51,869 bases of DNA from Thermoguttaceae bacterium (GTDB taxonomy: Bacteria; Planctomycetota; Planctomycetia; Pirellulales; Thermoguttaceae): contig JAVBSX010000084.1 in the NCBI GenBank assembly GCA_031556455.1, forward strand, positions 1 to 51,869, read 5' to 3'. Each line of letters starts with the position of its first letter. Position 1 is the stretch's first letter. The notes under the pieces are model-generated. The model did not search any database and was not told the origin of the DNA. It saw nothing but the letters and a program-made list of their open reading frames with translations. Made by a program: the position numbers and the translations under genes. This document shows, one piece after another, positions 19,610-28,796 of this stretch.

Positions 19610-20920
19610 ATGACCCAATACATCGAAGCGAAAGCGGGGCGGATCACCCCGGAAATGGAGGCCGTCGCCCGGGACGAACGGTTGGACGCCGAATTCGTCC
19701 GGACCGAAATCGCCGCCGGTCGGCTGATTATCCCGGCCAACAAGCATCACCTTGCGCTCTCGCTTCGGCCGATCGGGATCGGGATCGCCGCCCGAACCAA
19801 AATCAACGCCAATCTCGGCAACTCCCCCCTCGCCGGAGACGCTCTCTGCGAACTCGCGAAAGTGCAATACGCGATCCGCTTCGGCGCCGACACGGTGATG
19901 GACCTCTCGACGGGGGTGGAAATCGATTCCCTCCGGGAACGGATCGTTCGTTCGGTCGATGTGCCGCTCGGGACCGTGCCGCTGTACCAGGTTTGCGAGC
20001 AGCTGGACGACATTCTCGATATGACCCCGCGTGATTTTCTCGCGGCCGTCGAGCACCAGGCGAAGCAAGGGGTCGATTACATGACGATACACGCCGGGCT
20101 GCTGCGGGAGCATATTCCGTTGACGGAGAGCCGTTTGACGGGAATCGTCTCCCGCGGCGGCTCGTTGACCGCGAAATGGATGGTCGCGCACGGCCGGGAG
20201 AATCCGTTTTACGAGCATTTCGATGAACTGTGCGAGATCATGCGGGAGCACGACGTCGCTTGGAGCATCGGCGACGGGCTGCGGCCGGGCTGCCTGCACG
20301 ACGCTTCGGACGCCGCCCAGTTCGGCGAGCTCGAAGTGATGGGCCGGCTCGCGAAACGGGCCTGGGAGCTCGGTTGTCAAGTGATGATCGAAGGGCCCGG
20401 GCATGTTCCGATCGACCAGATCGAGGCGAACATCAAGCGTCAGATCGAAGTTTGTGCCGGGGCGCCGTTTTACGTTCTGGGGCCGGTCGTCTGCGATATC
20501 GCTCCCGGTTACGATCATATTACCAGTGCGATCGGGGCGGCCCTCGCGGCGACGCACGGAGCGGCGATGCTCTGTTATGTAACGCCGAAAGAGCACCTCG
20601 GGCTGCCGAATCTCGAAGATGTCCGCAACGGAGTGATCGCCTACAAAATCGCGGCCCATGCGGCCGATGTCGCCCGGGGCCGACCCGGGGCGAGGGACCG
20701 GGACGATGCGATTGCCCGGGCGAGATACCGTTTCGATTGGGAAGAACAATTCCGACTCTCGCTCGACCCGGAACGGGCAAGGGAGTATTACGAGGAATCA
20801 CGCAAAGACCTCCCGAAAACCGACGACTGCGACCGCAACTTTTGCACGATGTGCGGCCCGAAATTCTGTGCGATGCGAACGACCGCCGATCTAAAACGGC
20901 TCCAACAAGAAAAAGGGTAA
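19610..20920 (+). CDS. thiC: Phosphomethylpyrimidine synthase ThiC (short ~436-aa form; a ThiC-paralog of BzaF/HBI-synthase type cannot be excluded)
   Basis: ATG 19610. Full-length ThiC-like sequence ([84 protein letters not shown]) and C-terminal [11 protein letters not shown] Fe-S cysteine motif. Confidence 0.85.
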   Translation: MTQYIEAKAGRITPEMEAVARDERLDAEFVRTEIAAGRLIIPANKHHLALSLRPIGIGIAARTKINANLGNSPLAGDALCELAKVQYAIRFGADTVMDLSTGVEIDSLRERIVRSVDVPLGTVPLYQVCEQLDDILDMTPRDFLAAVEHQAKQGVDYMTIHAGLLREHIPLTESRLTGIVSRGGSLTAKWMVAHGRENPFYEHFDELCEIMREHDVAWSIGDGLRPGCLHDASDAAQFGELEVMGRLAKRAWELGCQVMIEGPGHVPIDQIEANIKRQIEVCAGAPFYVLGPVVCDIAPGYDHITSAIGAALAATHGAAMLCYVTPKEHLGLPNLEDVRNGVIAYKIAAHAADVARGRPGARDRDDAIARARYRFDWEEQFRLSLDPERAREYYEESRKDLPKTDDCDRNFCTMCGPKFCAMRTTADLKRLQQEKG

Positions 20921-21089
20921 CACTTCAGCCGTAGGATGCTCTTCGTCATTTCAACTGAATCGCAGTGTAAGGAGAAATCTCACCCTCGCGAGTGAGGCTG
21001 ATTTCCGACCCTTTCGGCAAGGGTGAGATTTCTCGCTTCGCTCGAAATGACGAACAGAGGGGGCAAAAAACTCCAAGTTAAAGTATTAC
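20917..21089. mobile_element. MITE-like nested palindromic element, family F2 copy a (TIR GTAACACTTCAGCCG; inner arms GTCATTTC...GAGAAATCTCACCCT)
   Basis: Left end gtaacacttcagccg is identical to copy c. Inner inverted arms are cgtcatttcaactgaatcgcagtgtaaggagaaatctcaccct / agggtgagatttctcgcttcgctcgaaatgacg. Right end is degenerate (ctccaagttaaagtattac). The element overlaps the thiC stop codon. Confidence 0.7.
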
Positions 21090-21103
21090 GAAGAGGTTAT
21101 TAT

Positions 21104-22000
21104 ATGCAACTCGACGAATCGCAATTGATCGACGATCCGCAATCGACGCCGCCCGAGGCCGCAACCGAAAACGCGGAGACTTTGCCCGCTTCGGAGCCGG
21201 GAGATATTCCCGCCCCTTCGAAACCTCCGGTCGACGAATCGGAATCGGTTCGTCTTTTGAGTCAATCGCTTGAAAAGCACGGCATTTCGCTTTCGGCGAA
21301 AAAGATCACTCTGTTGGCCCGATATTCCCGGTTGCTTTGGGATTGGAACGAGAAGATCAATCTGACCCGGCATACCGATTACGACAAGTTCGTCGGTCGG
21401 GACGTGGTCGATTCGTTGGCGCTCGGGGAATTTCTCGAACAAGGCGAACGGGTTCTCGATGTCGGAACCGGCGGCGGCGTGCCGGGGGTGATCCTCGCGA
21501 TTCTCCGGCCCGATCTGAAGGTCGAGCTTTGCGATTCGACGGGGAAAAAAGCGACCGCCGTCGGGAACATGCTCGAATCGCTTCGTTTGGAGGTGCCGGT
21601 TTGGCACTCGAAGGCGGAAGACCTGTTTCCGGGCCGGCGTTATTCGACGTTGCTCGTTCGAGCCGTTTCCAAAATGCCGAAGCTGCTCGAAATGTTCGCC
21701 CCGCATTGGCAGTGCTTCGAACGCCTCTTGTTGCTCAAGGGGCCGAATTGGGTTGCCGAGCGGGGGGAATCCCGGCATTACGGGCTGCTGAAGAATCTTG
21801 CGCTCCGCGTCCTCAAAACCTATGCGGTTCCGGACACGACCACATCGGCTGCGGAAGAGACGCAAGGCGGCAGCGTCGTGCTGCAGATTTGTCAAAAAAA
21901 CAAATTGGACCGGCTTTCGCAGGAAATTCTTGCGTCGTTGCAAGAGAAACCGAAAACCAAACCCGGCGCTAACGTTCGTAACGACAGCCGGAAGCGTTAG
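21104..22000 (+). CDS. rsmG: 16S rRNA (guanine527-N7)-methyltransferase RsmG/GidB with acidic N-terminal and repeat-encoded C-terminal extensions
   Basis: Start chosen at ATG 21104 (MQLDES) because the ORF-track start 21023 lies inside repeat F2 (MRFLASLEMT). Core: WNEKINLT, VLDVGTGGGVPGVILAI, ELCDSTGKKA, RAVSK. Stop TAG 21998-22000. Confidence 0.85.
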   Translation: MQLDESQLIDDPQSTPPEAATENAETLPASEPGDIPAPSKPPVDESESVRLLSQSLEKHGISLSAKKITLLARYSRLLWDWNEKINLTRHTDYDKFVGRDVVDSLALGEFLEQGERVLDVGTGGGVPGVILAILRPDLKVELCDSTGKKATAVGNMLESLRLEVPVWHSKAEDLFPGRRYSTLLVRAVSKMPKLLEMFAPHWQCFERLLLLKGPNWVAERGESRHYGLLKNLALRVLKTYAVPDTTTSAAEETQGGSVVLQICQKNKLDRLSQEILASLQEKPKTKPGANVRNDSRKR

Positions 22001-22053
22001 CGCCCGGTTTTCGAGCGGAGTAAACCCGGCGCTAACGCGCCGGGCTGCTGTTT
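21958..22053. repeat. REP family F1 copy 2 (three arms, degenerate) filling the gap between convergent rsmG and the glycosidase gene
   Basis: aaacccggcgctaacgttcg / acgacagccggaagcgttagcgcccggtt / loop ttcgagcggagta / aacccggcgctaacgcgccgggctgctgttt. Confidence 0.75.
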
Positions 22054-22069
22054 CTGATCAACGTCCGGC

Positions 22070-25000
22070 TTATGGGGCGACGACTTCGACGCTTTCGGCC
22101 GAACGCAAGCGGACCGGGCCGAGCAGTCCGGACGGGAGCAACGGCGAATCGGGCTTCCAATGCTTTTTGATCGCGAACGCGTACTTCTTTTCGACGCCCG
22201 GTTGATCGTCCCCGACCAGCCGGTTCCACCAAGTGTTGACAACCGCGATTTCGAGCGTGTTCGAGCCCGATTGAGCGGCGTCGGTGATGTCGAGCAGGTA
22301 CGGCGGGTTCCAAAGCGTCGCGATTTCCTTGCCGTTGAGCTTGACGGTCGCGATTCCGAGCACTTCGCCGAGATCGAGCGAGAGTCGGCGGTTCTCGCGC
22401 AAATCCTCGCCCGTTACGTCGAAGGTTTTGGAATAGACGGCCGTTCCGGAATAGTATTTGACGCCCGGCTCGGGCCGTTCGGTCCAAGAGACCAGCGAAT
22501 CGAAGGTGATCAATTCCGGGCCGCCCCAGTTCGGGTCGAACTTGAGCTCCCACGGTCCGGCGATCTCCCGGGGCGCGGGGAGTTCCGGCACGTCGACGGT
22601 AATCTTCTTGCCCGTTGCGGTCTCGGCCTCGAATCGGCCCGACTCCCACGTTTTCAAAACGTATTGGTCCTTGTCGCCGAACGACCAGACGGTTTTCGGA
22701 TAGTCCGCGCATTCCGGTTTGATCGGATCAAGATTCCCAAATGGTTGCCGGAAGACGACAAACGTCGATTCCCCGGGCCCGAGGAAGACCGACATTCGAA
22801 CGGCCCCTTTTTCCGACGCGAAAACCGCCGGGAAATCAAGGCTGCCGTCGACCGGGTTCCAGATTTCCGGCCGCTTGCCGTCAACCCGAAAGGTGATCGT
22901 TTCGGTGCGATCTTTGAGCTGTTGGTTCGAAAGGAAGTAAATGTCGGCATCCTTCGTTTGACGATGCGTCCAGAAAATGTCGTCCGGACCGATCAGGTCG
23001 GGCTTCATTTCAAGTCGCCGCATCGCCTCTTCGAGATCGATCCCCCGGAAAACTCGCCCTTTGCCGAATTGTCGTTCGGTCTTCGTCGTTCCGTCGCAAT
23101 CTCCCCAAAGTTCGGCGGCGAGCGTTTTGACGCGGTCGTCCGCTTGCGGAAATTGGGCCAAACTCGGGGAGCGTTCCGGCGGATTGCCGAGCACGACCGC
23201 CCCGTTCTTGACCAGTTGGACGATTTTTTCCAACAGTTCGGGCCGCATCGTTTTCAAATCGGGCAAGACGAGAATCCGGTATTCGGTGCCGTGCGGCAGG
23301 GCGAGCTTGCCGTTGCGGACCGAAAGATCGTTCCGGATCACTTCGCCGTTGATGTAATCGAAACTCAGCCCCTTCGGCAAGGCGGGGTTGCGGATGCCCC
23401 CCATTTTCGGAGCGTCTTCGCCGATAAAATAGGCGACATCGGCGACGTTATTTCCCTGCTGCAAAAGAGCATGACAACGCCGGGTGTAATCGATCCAGGA
23501 TTTCGAGGAAGGAAACCAGGTGCAATTCCGGTTGAAATCGGAGCCGAACCAGGCGCACATGCCGGGCTTCTTGTCGTCCCACGGTTGGTGAATATTGACG
23601 TGCAGGACGAAATGGTTGATCCCTTCGCAGTATGCCCAATCGCCGCGGGTTTTCATGTTCCGGGGCTGGTCTTGGAACGAACGTCCGGAAGTGAACGCTT
23701 CGGCCGAGATCACCGGCTTGCCGTAAATGTGTCCCGCCGAACTCGCGTCCCGACATTCGATGTTGCCGAGATCCCCTTGAGCGTACCAGAATTCGCCGGA
23801 AATCTCTTGCGAAGCTCCGCCGTATTGCAGGAACTCGGCGGGAAAACCCCAGTGTCCGTAATTTTCCAACCAAAGGGTCAAACCATGTTTTTTCGAGATT
23901 TGCTTGAGCGCCCCGACGTAGTTGCTCGCGACCCGATCGGCGACGAGACGCCGCAAGTCCCAGAGAAAGCGGTTCGATTGCTCCGCCGTTCCGACGATCC
24001 GGCCGTCGAAAACCGGCAACCAGGGGATCGGATCATATCCGTATACTTTTTGAAAATCGGCGGCAAACCCGTCGGTCCAGTTCTCCGGACCGGTTTCATA
24101 ACTGTCGGCGATCACATGCCGCAAGCCTTTGCGCTGATTCGCCGGCATCCGCTCCAACAAAGCCCCGACATAGGAATCGAAATGATGCTGCAAGGCGGCG
24201 GCGTTCATTTTATCGACCTCAAGCCCGGTCGCTTCCTCGGTCGCGGGAGCGTTCTTAACCCCGGTCGGGGTCATTCCAAAGCGCTGAACGATCCAATCCC
24301 CTTCGGGCACGTCCCAGACGAGCGAACCGTCTTTGCCGACCCGTTTCGTGAGATCGACAATCCTTTCCGGGGCGACGTTCAAATCGGCGGTGTCCGATTC
24401 GGCCTGCTCGGGCCAAAGATAAGTGTCCCACATCGGGAGCGGCGTCGGATGCATTTTGCCGAGCTGCTTTTCGAGATAGCGCTCCAATCGTGCGGCGCCG
24501 CTCAGTTCGATCTCGGCGATACTCCCTTTGCCCTTGCCGCCGGAAAGCGTGATCCGGAATTTTTTGGCCGTAACCGCCGGAAAGGCGACCGCGACCGGAC
24601 CGAACGGGATCGGGCCGACACTGATCTGGACGTTTTCCCGGTTCATGGGAAAGCGTTCGCACACCTTTTTCCAATTCCCTTCCGAATCGAAGTATTCCAA
24701 ATCGCAGTCGAAGACGATTTCCCGTTCCGCCGGATACAGGAGCAAGCTCCGGGCCGTAAACGGCTCGGCAACCTCAAGTTCGACGACGAGCGGCCAGTTT
24801 TGAGGTGGGGCGAACGTTTTGCGATTGCCGTCGAACCATTTTTCCGCCCCCTCGATCGCCGGTTCGGTCGTGATTTTCGGAGCGTGTCGGCCGATCGTCT
24901 CCCGATCGTTTCGCGGGGTAGGAAACGCGAGGACCGCGATCTGTTGGAACGGTTCCTTCGGTGTGTCGAGCCGCAGTTCGACCTTTTTCGGGCCGCTGAG

Positions 25001-25423
25001 CCGGACCTTCGATTCGACGACGTACCGCATCGCCTGTTCCGGCTTGATCCAAGGGCCGCCGGATTGGCTCCAACCGGGGCAATTGAACATGCCGACCTTG
25101 ACGCCGAGCCGATCGGCTTCCCGGACGGCGTGTTCGATCATTCCCCACCACTCTTCGCTGAGAACCTTAACCGCTCCGGGCACGATGTCCGGCTCGTGAA
25201 TATTGCCGATAAAGGCTTCCCCGACACCGAGCCGGGCCATATTCTCAAGGTCTTTGGTGATCCCCTCTTTGGAAATGTTGCCGGAAAGCCAATACCAGTA
25301 ACACCACGGCTTGGTCTGTTCCGGCGGGTTTTTGAAGACCTGTTCGAGTTGGTCCGCCCGGGCGACAACGACCAGGGAAAGGATAAAAAAGACCGAAAGG
25401 ATTTTTGCGAGAATTTTTTGCAT
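22070..25423 (-). CDS. Secreted glycoside hydrolase (GH106-like N-terminus; C-terminal GH2-type sugar-binding-like domain)
   Basis: Start set at ATG 25423 (MQKILAKILSVFFILSLVVVARA signal peptide). The N-terminal KPWCYWYWLSGNISKEGITKDLENMARLGVG pattern and C-terminal YSGTAVYSKTF...LDLGEV..IATVKLNGKEI..LWNPPY..DIT..GSNTLEIAVVNTWWNRLVGD pattern are typical of this hydrolase class. Confidence 0.65.
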   Translation of the reverse strand: MQKILAKILSVFFILSLVVVARADQLEQVFKNPPEQTKPWCYWYWLSGNISKEGITKDLENMARLGVGEAFIGNIHEPDIVPGAVKVLSEEWWGMIEHAVREADRLGVKVGMFNCPGWSQSGGPWIKPEQAMRYVVESKVRLSGPKKVELRLDTPKEPFQQIAVLAFPTPRNDRETIGRHAPKITTEPAIEGAEKWFDGNRKTFAPPQNWPLVVELEVAEPFTARSLLLYPAEREIVFDCDLEYFDSEGNWKKVCERFPMNRENVQISVGPIPFGPVAVAFPAVTAKKFRITLSGGKGKGSIAEIELSGAARLERYLEKQLGKMHPTPLPMWDTYLWPEQAESDTADLNVAPERIVDLTKRVGKDGSLVWDVPEGDWIVQRFGMTPTGVKNAPATEEATGLEVDKMNAAALQHHFDSYVGALLERMPANQRKGLRHVIADSYETGPENWTDGFAADFQKVYGYDPIPWLPVFDGRIVGTAEQSNRFLWDLRRLVADRVASNYVGALKQISKKHGLTLWLENYGHWGFPAEFLQYGGASQEISGEFWYAQGDLGNIECRDASSAGHIYGKPVISAEAFTSGRSFQDQPRNMKTRGDWAYCEGINHFVLHVNIHQPWDDKKPGMCAWFGSDFNRNCTWFPSSKSWIDYTRRCHALLQQGNNVADVAYFIGEDAPKMGGIRNPALPKGLSFDYINGEVIRNDLSVRNGKLALPHGTEYRILVLPDLKTMRPELLEKIVQLVKNGAVVLGNPPERSPSLAQFPQADDRVKTLAAELWGDCDGTTKTERQFGKGRVFRGIDLEEAMRRLEMKPDLIGPDDIFWTHRQTKDADIYFLSNQQLKDRTETITFRVDGKRPEIWNPVDGSLDFPAVFASEKGAVRMSVFLGPGESTFVVFRQPFGNLDPIKPECADYPKTVWSFGDKDQYVLKTWESGRFEAETATGKKITVDVPELPAPREIAGPWELKFDPNWGGPELITFDSLVSWTERPEPGVKYYSGTAVYSKTFDVTGEDLRENRRLSLDLGEVLGIATVKLNGKEIATLWNPPYLLDITDAAQSGSNTLEIAVVNTWWNRLVGDDQPGVEKKYAFAIKKHWKPDSPLLPSGLLGPVRLRSAESVEVVAP

Positions 25424-25490
25424 GGGGATTTTCAGGAACAAAATGCGGGATCGGATCAAAAAACGAGGGATATCATAATTTATTTGTACT

Positions 25491-25623
25491 AGCCCCAAGC
25501 GTAAGCGCGGGGGGATATGAGCAGCTTAGCGGTCAGCGGCTTAGCAGCTTAGAAGACTGTTTTCAAAGCTGCTAAGTCGCTAAGTTGCACGTTTTTTATC
25601 CCCCCGCGCTGACGCTTGGGGCT
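25491..25623. repeat. 133-nt nested hairpin: 25-bp outer stem (core AGCGTNAGCGC related to family F1) enclosing an inner hairpin built from GCTTAGC-type short repeats
   Basis: agccccaagcgtaagcgcgggggga (25491-25515) pairs with tccccccgcgctgacgcttggggct (25599-25623) with one mismatch. Inner cttagcagctt / aagctgctaag stem. Confidence 0.8.
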
Positions 25624-25800
25624 CGTATTGTTAACGAAAAACGACTGCCCCGCATTCTAGTCGATTCCTTTCCTGATTTCAATCACGCAAGAAAATGGAC
25701 AGTATTTTTTCGCTAAGCGATACGACCGGCAAAAGCCCAAATTCTTTGATTTCCGGGGAAGCGAAAGGCCGATAGAACATTTGTTTTATTGTTCAAACAG

Positions 25801-25823
25801 TTGGTGCGCCATTTGGTGCGCCC
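25801..25823 (+). promoter_or_regulatory. Tandem decamer TTGGTGCGCC x2 with 11-nt period, about 45 nt upstream of the porin start; candidate operator
   Basis: ttggtgcgcc a ttggtgcgcc c read directly, located in the divergent glycosidase/porin intergenic region. Confidence 0.25.
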
Positions 25824-25867
25824 AACAATTTAACCGATTAACAAAAAGAAAAACATTTCGAGAAAAA

Positions 25868-27151
25868 ATGAAAAGAATCAAGGATGTGTCGATTTTAAGG
25901 TATTTGGCGATCTTGCCGGTTGTTCTTTGTCTTTTTAGTACGGCTCAAGGCCAGGAAATCGCGAACCAACCGCCGGGCGCCGCGACGAACCACCCGGAGA
26001 CTTCCGGTGGTCGGCAATACCTGCCTTTGGAGCGTCCGACAATGGTGATGCCGGAGTCGGAAGGAATTCTCGGCCCGGTTTTTCCGAATATCCGCGGAAA
26101 TGAGGCTTTGCACTTGGATTACGTTTACACCGGCGGGATTTTCAACAATTCCCGCGGCGGGTTACAAACGAAAAACGCAAGCGCCTATGTCGGAATCGCG
26201 AATATTTCAATCGTCGGGGACACCGAAAAACTCGGCCTTTGGAAAAACGGGACATTTTTTGTCAATTCGTTTTTTTCGCACGGCCCTTCGCCGAGCCGTT
26301 TCGTCGGGGATGCCCAAGGGGTCGCGGTTTTCGCCTACGAAACTCCGGCGCAAGTTTCGGAATATTGGTATGAGCATCGTTTTTTCCGGGACAAACTTTC
26401 GGTTAAAATGGGAAAAATGGATGCCGGCACCGACTTTTTCTATTTGGATTCGACCGCCGATTTCATCAACTCGTCCTACACCTGCATTCCGACGACGCGA
26501 ATCCCGACCGCTCCGAGCAGTGCTTGGGGAGTTGCCGCGAATTGGAAGTTGACCGATCAACTCTGTCTCAAATTCGGCATTTTCGACGGGCAGGGGAATG
26601 CCAACAAATTTTGGATGTCGGAAGCGGGCGATTATTACGCGACCTACCAAATCGAATACCATTATTCCCTTTGCCGGAGATTGCCCGGCTTCGCCTTCGT
26701 CGGCGGTTGGAACGACGATTGTTCGTATTCGATGCTGTATGATGAGACGATCACGAAAACCGGCAATGCGGGCATCGCCTTCGGTTTCGAGCAGACGCTT
26801 TACCGTCGGAACATTTGCAACGAAGACGATTTGCGGGGCCTGTACCTGTTCGCCAATTTCGGCAACGCGAAAGACGACCGGACCGAAATCGACAAATACT
26901 GGAGCACCGGATTGCTTTGGCGCGGAATCGGCCGTCGCAACGACGATTCGATCGGAACCGCGGTCAACTACGCCTACTTCAGCGATCATTTGGGGACGAC
27001 CTATGCTTACGAATCGGCTTGGGAACTGTTTTACAAATTTCAGTTGACGCGCAACTGTTCGCTCCAACCCGATTTGCAATACGTCGCCCATCCCGGCGGC
27101 GAGGAACGCGACGCCGTCGTTACCGGATTGATTTTTCAAATGATTTTCTGA
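25868..27151 (+). CDS. Carbohydrate-selective porin, OprB family-like
   Basis: Start set at ATG 25868 (MKRIKDVSILRYLAILPVVLCLFSTAQG signal peptide). Pattern YTGGIFNNSRGG...DTEKLGLWKNGTFF...EYWYEHRFFRDKLSVKMGKMDAGTDFF resembles OprB-family porins. Aromatic C-terminus (LIFQMIF). Confidence 0.6.
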   Translation: MKRIKDVSILRYLAILPVVLCLFSTAQGQEIANQPPGAATNHPETSGGRQYLPLERPTMVMPESEGILGPVFPNIRGNEALHLDYVYTGGIFNNSRGGLQTKNASAYVGIANISIVGDTEKLGLWKNGTFFVNSFFSHGPSPSRFVGDAQGVAVFAYETPAQVSEYWYEHRFFRDKLSVKMGKMDAGTDFFYLDSTADFINSSYTCIPTTRIPTAPSSAWGVAANWKLTDQLCLKFGIFDGQGNANKFWMSEAGDYYATYQIEYHYSLCRRLPGFAFVGGWNDDCSYSMLYDETITKTGNAGIAFGFEQTLYRRNICNEDDLRGLYLFANFGNAKDDRTEIDKYWSTGLLWRGIGRRNDDSIGTAVNYAYFSDHLGTTYAYESAWELFYKFQLTRNCSLQPDLQYVAHPGGEERDAVVTGLIFQMIF

Positions 27152-27202
27152 GAAACTCACTCTTGCTTATCGGTTGAAGTCTTTGAAGAAAAAACGAGGG
27201 TT

Positions 27203-27238
27203 GTCATTTCGAGCGAAGCGAGAAATCTCACCCTCGCC
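27203..27238. repeat. Solo arm of family F2 (gtcatttcgagcgaagcgagaaatctcaccctcgcc)
   Basis: Matches the inner arm of copies a, c and d; no partner arm is present. Confidence 0.7.
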
Positions 27239-27451
27239 GAAAGAGTCGGTGCTCTTTCCCCTCGCGACAAACCATTGTGCGTACAAATATTCCCCTCTTT
27301 TTTATCAACGGATTGACATGGATGTCCGCAGATGGTTTTATGGAAGAAAAGAATCTCTCTCAAAATCCGTGAACATCGTTATCACCTGTTGAAAAACAAA
27401 GCAAACCGCCAATCATTCGCGTTTACTGATCTTTACAAAACTTCCGGATCA

Positions 27452-27536
27452 GGACAGCAGCCGGAAGCGTTAGCGCCCGGTTGTCCAATATAGAAACGCG
27501 AGGCAAACCCGGCGCTGACGCTTCGGGCTGCTGTTT
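27452..27536. repeat. REP family F1 copy 3
   Basis: ggacagcagccggaagcgttagcgcccggtt / loop gtccaatatagaaacgcgaggca / aacccggcgctgacgcttcgggctgctgttt. Confidence 0.85.
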
Positions 27537-27600
27537 GCTGCTTCGATATTTTATGTGAAAATCAATAAACGACATTTCCTGCGATTCGTCCCCCGCCCTC

Positions 27601-28584
27601 ATGCCAAGACCTCTGATTCTCCTCTGTTGCCTTGCTATTTCAAACGCCGCTTTCGCGGCGGAGCGGTTCGAGTTCGAACAGATGAAAATGGCCGTACCGG
27701 TTCGGATCGTTCTTTACACCGATTCGGCGGAACAGGCGAAAACGCTCGCGGATGAGTCATTTCGGCGATTCGACCAGCTGAACGGGATCATGAGCGATTA
27801 CGAGAACGACAGCGAAATCGTCCGATTGGCCGTGCAAAACGACCGGCGTTTCGCGACGGCCGCATCCGGCGAGCCGGAGTCGAAGGCCGCCGAGGGTTGG
27901 ATGCCGCTCAGCGAAGACCTTTTTCGCGTGCTCAAGGCAGCCCGGCATTACGCGGAAATTTCCGACGGAGCCTTCGATGTGACGGTTTCGCCCCTGGTTC
28001 AAATCTGGCGGCGGGCCAAACGACTTCGCCGTCTGCCGACGGAAGCCGATCTCAAAAACGCCAAAGCCCGGGTCGGGACCTTGCTCTGGGAACTTCGAGA
28101 GCCGGAACGCGAAATGCGGTTTTTGAAAAAAGGGATGCGATTCGATCTCGGAGGCATCGCGAAGGGATATGCGATCGACCAGGCTTTCGAACAGATTCAA
28201 GCCGCGGGCGTGCCGACCGTTTTGATCGACGCCGGCGGCGATATGCGGCTTGGGACGGCTCCCCCGGACGGTTGGAAAATCGGGTTCGGGTCGGCTGAAA
28301 ACGACGAAAATCCCCTTCAAAATGTCGAGCTTGCCGATATCGCGATCGCGGTTTCCGGGGACAAATTCCAGTATTTCGAGCTGGACGGCAAGCGATTCTC
28401 TCACATTATCGACCCTCGAACCGGTTGGCCGCTGGCCGATCAGTGTCTTGTTACGGTTTTTGCACCGACCGCGACCGAAGCCGACGCCCTCGCTTCGGCG
28501 CTGAGCGTTCTCGGCCCGGAAAAGGGACAAGCCCTGCTCGAACCCCTGCCGAAGGTCAAAGCTCATTTTCTCCGAAGCCAATAG
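27601..28584 (+). CDS. apbE: FAD:protein FMN transferase ApbE (periplasmic flavin-trafficking protein)
   Basis: Signal peptide MPRPLILLCCLAISNAAFA. ApbE-like blocks: FDQLNGIMSDYENDSEI, GAFDVTVSPLV, DLGGIAKGYAID, LIDAGGD, SGDKFQYFELDGKRFSHIIDPRTGWP, TATEADALASA. Confidence 0.85.
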   Translation: MPRPLILLCCLAISNAAFAAERFEFEQMKMAVPVRIVLYTDSAEQAKTLADESFRRFDQLNGIMSDYENDSEIVRLAVQNDRRFATAASGEPESKAAEGWMPLSEDLFRVLKAARHYAEISDGAFDVTVSPLVQIWRRAKRLRRLPTEADLKNAKARVGTLLWELREPEREMRFLKKGMRFDLGGIAKGYAIDQAFEQIQAAGVPTVLIDAGGDMRLGTAPPDGWKIGFGSAENDENPLQNVELADIAIAVSGDKFQYFELDGKRFSHIIDPRTGWPLADQCLVTVFAPTATEADALASALSVLGPEKGQALLEPLPKVKAHFLRSQ

Positions 28585-28652
28585 CCCCCGGTTCGCCGAT
28601 TGGACGTAAAGGGTTAAACTGGTACATCACACAAACCGGTTTTGTATCGTCT

Positions 28653-28679
28653 GTTTAGCCGAGCGGCGCAGACGCCGGT
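28653..28679. repeat. Family F4 27-mer GTTTAGCCGAGCGGCGCAGACGCCGGT (copy 1)
   Basis: Identical 27/27 to 37921-37947. Contains a CGGCG-caga-CGCCG mini-hairpin. Confidence 0.8.
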
Positions 28680-28729
28680 GCCGACAAGGCCGCAACATCA
28701 CTGAAATCGCAACCTTGTAGGCCGTCGCG

Positions 28730-28759
28730 GCGCAACCGGGACCACAGGTCCCGGCTCGT
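28730..28759. repeat. Family F3 palindrome (gcgcaaccgggaccacaggtcccggctcgt)
   Basis: Reverse complement of the 39614-39643 copy with one mismatch. CCGGGACC-N3-GGTCCCGG core. Confidence 0.8.
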
Positions 28760-28796
28760 GGTCTTCTATTCTCTATCCTCTGCTCTCTATCCTCTC

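Noticed and set aside
21023-21103. ORF-track N-terminal extensions that begin inside repeats or at non-ATG codons: rsmG from 21023, MnmE-like from 50745 (TTG in a REP loop), porin from 25781, ychF from 28758, glycosidase from 25498, lipoprotein from 37348 (TTG), RND from 43805, and the 46006 and 48537 starts.
   Set aside because: The internal ATGs give canonical N-termini (signal peptides, P-loop, AcrB-like MISHFF, MnmE-like TPPG). The extensions are repeat-encoded or lack coding character.
22160-25492. 1,110-aa plus-strand ORF opposite the glycosidase gene.
   Set aside because: Shadow ORF. Its Arg/Phe/Pro/Asp-rich translation has no motifs, while the minus-strand product has a signal peptide and hydrolase-like conserved blocks.
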